64,000 bases of DNA from Octopus sinensis. Its lineage: Eukaryota. The stretch covers positions 59,892,001 through 59,956,000 of the forward strand of contig NC_042997.1 of assembly GCF_006345805.1 (NCBI RefSeq). Reading direction: 5' to 3'. The translations under genes and the position numbers were made by a program. Below the pieces are notes generated by a model. It saw nothing but the letters and a program-made list of their open reading frames with translations. It made no database searches and had not been told where the DNA came from. Shown here in pieces: positions 54,745 to 64,000 of the stretch. The first letter of the stretch is position 1. Each line of letters opens with the position of its first letter.

Positions 54745-56612
54745 ACATATGTGGAAAATCGGTGTGCTTTTGTTTGTGATGTTAGCTAACTCCTCCTACA
54801 TCGTTTTATTGATTTTGATGAAACTTGACACGTGAGTAGAACTCATGTCTGAAAACCTCGTGACATACTTAGATTGTTGAAAAAATTTGATAATACGGCC
54901 CCTGGAAGGGATCTTTATATATACCTCATATAGCTAATTTTTTTAACACCCAAGGATAATAACCCGTTGCACCTGCACAATATATTTTTTAAACACTCAA
55001 CGGAAATAATCCATAGCATCTGCACTTACAGTTGTTAGTTTTTAGTGAAGCGATCAATATTTCATTCTCACGATCAGCGGATCTAATTCTGCATTTCACT
55101 ACTCAGTTTTCAACTGCTAAACCTCATTATTGTACTTTCGTGATGCTTGTACACTTTCAATGCCCATAACACCGATAATTTTGCATTTTTCCAGTTAAAA
55201 GTTTTCGATGACAGTACATAAACTTTTGATTTCAGAACGTATTTAATAAGTGTGTCCTAATACAAAGAACTTTGAATGCTTAAAATACTTAAAAAATGAA
55301 ACCAAACTCCCACACCACATTCAGTTGGGACACTCTGTATCACTTATACTTATTTTACAAATTATAACTTTTGTTGCTTATTTACAGTTCATACAACATT
55401 TTCATCAAACTAATTGAGCCATCGAATATAGAAATATTTTACAGGTTTCATTGTTTATGTTCGATTACTTTGAATATTGATTCTTTGTGTCTCCAATTTT
55501 TAATTTTTGCAGACAATATCACTTTTATACTTTATTTGACACGCGAGTAGAACTCATGTCTGGAAACCTCATGACATACTTAGATTGTTGAAAAATCGAT
55601 AATAGGGCCCCTCCAATGGATCCTTCTATCTACTACATATTACTAATATTTTATTTAAACAACCCAAGGGTAATAACCAATACCACCTGCAGTTTTTAGC
55701 GAAGCGATCAATATTTGATTCTCACGATCAGCCGACCAAATTCTACATTTCACTACTCAGATTTGAACTGCTAAGCATTATTATTGCACTTCCTTGATTT
55801 GAATCTTAAACCTTAAAGACTTCACTCATATATTTCTATACATACATACTTTTTTTAATGCCCATTAAAAAAAATGATTCTCCATTTTTACAGTTACACT
55901 TTTCTATGACAGTAAATAAATTTCTTATTCCACAACGTATTTTTAGTGGTTTCATGCAGGCATAGAGTGGATTCGATCCTCGATTACCAAATTTTACTTA
56001 ACACTTCAACAGCGCGTTTCTCATGGTAAAACAATAGTTTTTCTGTGAATGACAGCAGTTATATATTTCCCAGATGCCTTCGCTAAGCAGAATAATGTCT
56101 ATTCCACTTGACCATTCTAACTTCTTCTAGGCCACCAGGGGCTGGAATGGAGATGACAGACCTCTAAGAAATCATTTTTCCTCAACAATATGTCTATCCA
56201 TCTGGTCGCTTTTCGATAGTTATAAAAACAAGAACTCCGTAAGCTAAATGTAGTTACTGAGAGCAACCATCAATGAGTTTGAACGTTATTGTTGCACTTT
56301 CTTCATTTCATTCTTAAACATTAAAGACTTCATTCATATATTTATATACATATGTACTACATTTATATATTACCTTTAATAAATTAGCCTTCATAAAATT
56401 CGCCTTTAAAATGCCAAGACGAGTCAGAGTACTTTCTCGCCAACCTCCAACAATATCTCCCTCTTCCAGCTGACAGTTTTTTGTACTTTTTCGCGATGGA
56501 AAATACACTTTTTTGCGGCAGTTATAACGAAATTGCTTTATTATATCAGAGTAATAAGGCGTTTCAATAGAACATCTTTACCCCCGGGTATTACCAGGTA
56601 CACCAGTTAGTC
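54745..56612 (+). mobile_element. Helitron-like element with a ~710-bp-period internal duplication
   Basis: TTGACACG.GAGTAGAACTCATGTCTG..AACCTC.TGACATACTTAGATTGTTGAAAAA occurs at ~54825 and ~55536, with homology continuing ~400 bp. Putative 3' hairpin CCGGGTATTACCAGG...GTTAG at ~56584-56610. Confidence 0.55.
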
Positions 56613-56952
56613 TATATCATATGTGTGCTTACGTGTGTTTTAGTTTCGAAAGATAATGAATCCATGATAAACATGAAACGGTTACGTGTAGGTTATATCC
56701 AGGTGACGCTTTCAAATGTCATAAATCTTATTTTCTTAAAAGATGTGTCAATTACAAATCTTTCATCAAAGCATTAATAAATTCTCATTTATACATCAAA
56801 AATACTTTTTACTGAAGATATTATCCAATGTTTTGAGAATTACTAAATTATGTAATTACACACCTTTATAGTATCTGAAGAGGAAAGTATTCTGCTTACG
56901 CCAAATCGAAAATATTCAACACATATTGGTTTTGATTGGTTACAAAGATATA

Positions 56953-57641
56953 CATGGTGTCCCAAAAGTCACTGATGGGTTTCAAGTTTTAATAACTTCC
57001 TTAAATATTCAAATAAATGCATGAAAGTTTGATACAATATAAGGGACATAATGGAAGTTAATATGCACAAGTCAAATTTTGCAACACCATTACATCACAT
57101 ATGAAAAATGACATAGTTTAAATGGCAGCCATTTTCGGCTTCGTACGCCGGTGCTCTATCCAAAACTTAAACGATCACACCCTCAAGAGTTTCAGACCCT
57201 AGTTCTCTGATTTTTCTATTGATGTTCTCCTTCAGTTGCACCAGGGTTTCTGGTTTGTTGACGTAAACCCTGTCTTCACGTTCCCCAGACTTGACTAGCC
57301 CGGAGTTTTTCCTATGGGGATACCTGAAAGAGAAGGTTTACATCAACGAACTAGAGACCCTGGTGCAATTGAAGGAGAACATCAATAGAGAAATCAGTGA
57401 AGTGGGGTCTGAAACTCTTGAGGATGTTATGGTGCAAGTTTTGGAAAGAGTACCGGCACTTGAAGCCGAAAATGGCTGCCATTTAAGTGATGTCATTTTT
57501 CATATGTGATGCAGTGGGGTTGCAAAATTTGACTTGTGCATATTAATTTCCATTATATTGTATCAAAGTTTCATGCATTTATTTGCAAAGTTAAGGAAGT
57601 TATTAAAAATTGAAATCATTAGTGACTTTTGGAACACCCTG
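56953..57641. mobile_element. Fold-back Tc1/mariner-superfamily MITE made of two inverted right ends
   Basis: TA|CATGGTGTCCCAAAAGTCACT ... AGTGACTTTTGGAACACCCTG|TA with ~320-bp arms. + arm encodes RSPDLTSPEFFLWGYLKEKVY...AENGCHLSDVIFHM*; - arm encodes VYVNKPETLVQLKENINR...AENGCHL. Confidence 0.92.
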
Positions 57642-60600
57642 TAGTATTTGAAGAGCGAGGACATAGAGCGTGTAGTGGTTCCATGCTTTTCTATCCGAAA
57701 ACCGTTAGCGAAATGGGTTCTACCTAGACGCGTAACATTATGGCGATCTCAGTTTGAGGAACTTTACTAATTGCCTTACAGCTGCTGGGGCAATGTTAGC
57801 TAAATATTGAATTTACAGTATTTACCAAGCAAATAGATTAAGTAAACAGTTTCACTGATAAGCAGTTACCTCCATATAATTCATTTTCAAAATCAGGAAT
57901 GACCTGTTTAACTCTAATAATCAGAAAAAAATAACGTTATCTATGCTATAAATTAAACAACGCAATTGGTGATATTAACTCATGTAAAATCAACAGAAAT
58001 TAATGAAAAATATTTTGGGAAAATCGTGACACATATTTTAACAACAAAACCTAATAGGTAACTGATTATTTATATAGACAACAAAAATGTGGCTAGAATA
58101 ATATTCGGCTTGCAATTAATTTGTCTACTGGATAAATTACCACTAGACATAAAGAAAATAATCGAAAGCTAACTAGATGAATCTACTCTAAAGGAAAACG
58201 TACAGTGGTTTAAGATAAGGCTACAAGGTAAATGATAATTTAGACATCATAAACATTGTTCTTGGCATCGTACAGTATAGTGGAAGCTAACATCTAAAGG
58301 CGAATGGTATTTACAGAGAAGAGCGGGGTAGTTTTGATATTTGCAGTATTTAATATTCAACGGTGGTTTTGTGGTAGAAACTGCAGCGTGCTGGAGTAAA
58401 ATGCCTTTCCGTATATAGCTATGTCTAATCTATGTCATGCGCTCAAATCTTGTCGGATTGACTCTGGCTTTCATTCCTCTCAAGGGATCAATAAAGTAGG
58501 AACTAGCTATGTATTGAGAGCAGTATTTGATATACATAGAAAAAGAGGGGATAAAAAGAAAGGAAAAGTGTGTGTGCCAAAATCCAAATATTTCCCGCCA
58601 AAACTTAGCATTTAGTAAAATAATACGTGTTCTACATGTCTCCACTACACGAAGTGCGGCTCTATTTAAATAGAGTTTATTTCAAACGAGGACATAATGA
58701 AGCTAATGATAGTCAATTAAAACTTTATTTGAAAGGTATATATTCTAATCTATTTTAATTCTAAAATATATTCGTATTATCTATAAAAATATTTATAGTT
58801 TGAATTTCAAACAAAAGAAAATGATTATTTCTAAAGCAATAGTTTTATATAAATTAACTACATGAGTAGACCAATCAAAAGACGAAATAATTCGCTTCAC
58901 TAAGAAGTGGTCATTACAGTATAGCTTAAATATATTCTCGGGTCGTTATGTTTGCGAACTGATTTTCTTTTTGTACTAGAGTATTTCACGTGGAAGCATT
59001 AATTACTGCTGATAATATAATCTCACCCTAACAATTCCTAATTAAGAAATCCATGTAATACAATATTCATGTTCTATATGATATATATGAATTCATCATC
59101 ATTGTATAATACAGGAAATGATGTTCTATTGCATTAGAGTAATCTGATGAGCCAGCATTATTTAACTTTTTCATAATTTTCAGAACCAAATTCGTTTTTT
59201 ATGTCTATTAAAGATGTGCACTGGATGTGGATAAATCCTAATATTTTCCAGTGGAATCAATTGTAATTGTATCACAGCGTTTTCGTTTATTAAATAATTC
59301 ACTGATCATTTTATTGAAATAAATATATAGAGACACAAATAAAACAAAACGAAATAGTCATTGCTGAGTGATTGAATAAAAGAAAGAGAGGAGAGAGATG
59401 AATGAGATCATCAAACTGAGACAATTCTAGAAACAGCTGAGATATCTAATCAAAGATGTTTGAAGTATTCAAAGAATCTCGACTCCAGAACTCAGTTGTC
59501 ACCTATACGTTGAATGTGATCGCATGATAAGATAAAGCTTATCATACAAATACCTACACATTCTGGCCGATCAGATGATAGTATAGAATTGCTCAAATTG
59601 CCTTTATTCTTCATTTGTTTTCTACCACCAAGGAATGACACATGTCATTTTCAGGTGATAACCTAATTACGTAAATGTTTATTACAACGAGACACGTCGT
59701 CAAAATGAAATGATGTGAAACGGAATGCTACTGGTGTTGGCACAGATTAAACACCACTGATTGAATTTTTATAGCCGCACGTAAACATGAGTTATATATT
59801 ACGTCGGAATTTAGCAGTTTTTATTTTATTCTTTACTTTTCCCTGACATAAAGGAGAAAGTAAATAAATTGTCTTTTCTTTTCATTTCTCTTTTGTGTAA
59901 GTTTATTTTGTGTGATGGTTGGTTATAAAATCCAGTGTTGATACCAACTGATGGCTTTACACATTTCCTTATACTTTTGGAGATATTTTTTGTGGTGTTT
60001 TATTTTCTAGTGTTGTTAAAAGATAATATTCATTATTGGGGCCGTATGCAAATGCCAAAGACATAATGGTAAGACCCGACCAGCAAAGATCGCGATCTAT
60101 TTTCATTTCTGGTCTGCAATTATTTCACTTCCTTATATCATAAATGACTGTGTGGAAGGTATATACGTAAGAACTTTCAAAATTCGTCTCTCTTACAATA
60201 ATGCTGCTCACTTCTATAATCATTATCACTGAAAGGAGAAACGACAGGGGTAAATATAGGAGTATCATGAAATATTTCTTGATGTTTACTTTATTGAATT
60301 ATAGTTTTTATTTTCATTTTCTGAAAAAAGAAAAACAAACTTTTATTATAGAGTTTGAGGCCATCACCTCAAAAATTACAAATTCTGGAGTATCTTTTGA
60401 ATTTAATTTATAAGAGTAAGACTACAAATTTGTTCTTGTTTTATGAAAATCGATTTATTTAATAATGTGAGAATTCATTTTGTGAATATTAAAACTCAGT
60501 TGTTTTCTACTTAGATAACCTTTGAACTCAAAAAAGAGAGAAATGGAGCTTAAAGGTTTGAAAATATAACTGAAGAATTTCGTTACTAGAGGTTTTTTTG

Positions 60601-61631
60601 ATGCATTGCAGACGTTATTTTGTTTTCTTGAAGAATATCATATGAACTGGTTTACAATAAATATAAAGTGAATATCCATCTGATATCACTCTAGTTTAGT
60701 CCTGTCGAGCCGACCTATTAGTCTTGGCGGCGCAGTAGGATGCACGTCTGTCTCTCAATCTATTTGATGTTTTCTTAGGGACAACTAGTTCTCTTAGTAA
60801 AATTCAGTAAAAATAATAAATGGCGGCGAAATAAACGAGAATAAATTAGATAATAAGTAATATATTTTTCTCTTATCGTAATTGGCCTTTACTATGAAAG
60901 CGGTTAGCTATTCTGTTATTGTTAGTCAGCTTAATCAAAGATTAGTATACAATTCGCACGGAATATATTACCTTAAGAAAATAACGGTAATATATAAAGG
61001 AATTGCTTTTACTGTGATAAAAACGAATTTCTTCTCAGAAATTTAATAGATGAATAATTATATTGTTAATGAGTGGGAGAGGATGGTCTTTGAAGAGTGA
61101 AAAGATGGAGTAGAGAAGGGGTAAGAAAGAAGCTATATCAAGGGAAATAAGTTAGTGATTAAGATCAGGAGATCGAGTTGAAGTAAAGAAAACAGTAAAT
61201 AGCACACCCATCCATACACACACATTCCCACACAGATGTTGGATTTTATGCATGTATGGTATGAGAAAGAGGGGTTATGAAGTATAACAAACAGAAAGGA
61301 TTTCTTTTAGATGCTGGCATAACATGTATGATAATACAAAATGAACAATTTTAAATGGCAAAGTGTGTTGAGATTTACTTGAGCAAAGAAAAACATTGAT
61401 ATTTGAAAATAGTATAAATTTTAAAAGAAATGGCTTCCTCTTGGAGCTATTTTTAGTTCACTAGTCATAATAAAGTCTGTAAAATATAATTTTATACGAA
61501 ATCTTGTGTATCTGTACGAAAAAACAATTTTAAAGGAAGATAAATGTTTAAAGATATTAAAATATTAAAATCAAGTTAATTTAGAATGAATTATGATAAC
61601 ATATTTGCTGCTGTTATTATTTGGCCTTAGG

Positions 61632-61840
61632 AGGACCGCAAGCTGGCAGATGCATTAGCACGCTGGACAGAATGCTTAGCGGAACCTCGCCTCTCTTTAC
61701 GCACTGAGTTCAAATCCCGCCGTGGACGACTTTGTCTTTCAACTTTTCGGGGTCGATAAGCTACGTATTGGAGTCGATCTAACTGACTTTAGCCCTCCAC
61801 ACGTCAAACTTCAGGCCTTGTACCAATAGTGGAAAAAATC
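61632..61840 (+). mobile_element. Meta-domain SINE copy
   Basis: AGCTGGCAGATGCATTAGCAC...CTGAGTTCAAATCCCGCC...TTTCGGGGTCGATAA. Confidence 0.8.
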
Positions 61841-62585
61841 ATTTTCCTCAAGTCAAACCTGATTGAAGCTTTTCAGTTGTACTGACTCCGGCTTATATTT
61901 AAAAAAAAATGTATTTATCTTAAACATTATTCAATGTGTCCTTCTTAAAAAAAACAGAAAGTGTAAAAAGAAGGTATAGTATAATTTAACTGAGATTAAA
62001 TGAAAGGACTATGTGGTGTCTACATCGTGAGCTCATTATTTTATCCACTTCGGCACAAATTTTCTTTTGGTTAGTTGGATTTGTGTAGTTGATTCTACAT
62101 CACTATCAATTATTTTATCATACCATAATGCTAATTATTTAACTTCCCTAGAGAAGAAATGAAAGGTAAAGTCAATAACAGTGCAACATGATACGGCAGA
62201 CAATGCTGTTCACTCAGTAATTTATAATACAGGAGTGAAATTACAAACGGTAGAACGTAGTCATTTAGGGAAAGAGGAACACTTATATGCTCTCAACCCA
62301 GTCAATTTATTTGTATATAACTGATTCTTGCGTAGATATGAAGACCGAGATTAGTAAGGGGTAGAGAGATTATGCCTTTTAGCAGATTGATTATATAAAG
62401 AAGTTCTTTAAGACCAAACCAGGAAGATTAATGATTACGACAGTGCCAGGCATGACATTCGTCCCGTTATATGTCTCTGTGTGTGTACATGTATGTATTT
62501 ATGTATATATGTAAGCATGTATACACACACAAACACATATATATGCACATCCATCCATACATATATACATATATATATGTATATG

Positions 62586-62652
<67 letters not shown>

Positions 62653-62689
62653 AGAAAGTTGGTTTGTGAAAGCACGTGGGTGAATATAT

Positions 62690-63752
<1,063 letters not shown>

Positions 63753-63817
63753 TATAAATAATTTATAAACATATATATAAATATGTATATATATGCATAT
63801 ATATATATATATATATA

Positions 63818-63970
63818 GGCGCAGGAGTGGTTGTGTGGTAAGAGGCCTGCTTCCCAACCACACAGTTCCTGTTTCAGTGGCATCTTGGGCAGCTGTCTTC
63901 TACTATAGCCTCGGGCCAACCAAAGCTTTGTGAGTGAAGTTGGTGGACGGAAACTGAAAGAAGCCCGTCT
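63818..63970 (+). mobile_element. tRNA-derived CORE-like SINE
   Basis: GGCGCAGGAGTGGTTGTGTGGTAAGAGG...CTTGGGCAGCTGTCTTCTACTATAGCC...GACGGAAACTGAAAGAAGCCCGTC. Confidence 0.8.
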
Positions 63971-64000
63971 TATATATATATATATATATATATATGTATG

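Overview
AT-rich, microsatellite-dense eukaryotic genomic DNA. The repeat repertoire (tRNA-derived SINEs with Meta/CORE/Nin-like domains, R4/Dong, RTE and CR1-type LINEs, many Penelope-like elements, mariner/Tc1/pogo, piggyBac and Helitron/HINE relics) matches what I recognise from Octopus; the host is inferred from repeats only. Nearly all ORFs in the track are microsatellite or repeat translations. The only host exon I can support is a 216-bp phase 0/0 exon on the minus strand (27852-28067) encoding the core of a CAP/SCP (CRISP/antigen-5/PR-1) domain that has lost three of the four canonical His/Glu tetrad residues. The most striking unannotated signal is a set of about 10 type-I minimal hammerhead-ribozyme motifs (a few intact, most degenerate) in Penelope-like 3' ends. 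Among them the catalytic 3:8 base pair covaries (C:G, U:A, G:C). Most sit in fold-back structures, and one family has a tRNA-like Pol III segment between the endonuclease ORF and the ribozyme. All calls were made by eye without database searches; ends of decayed elements are approximate.
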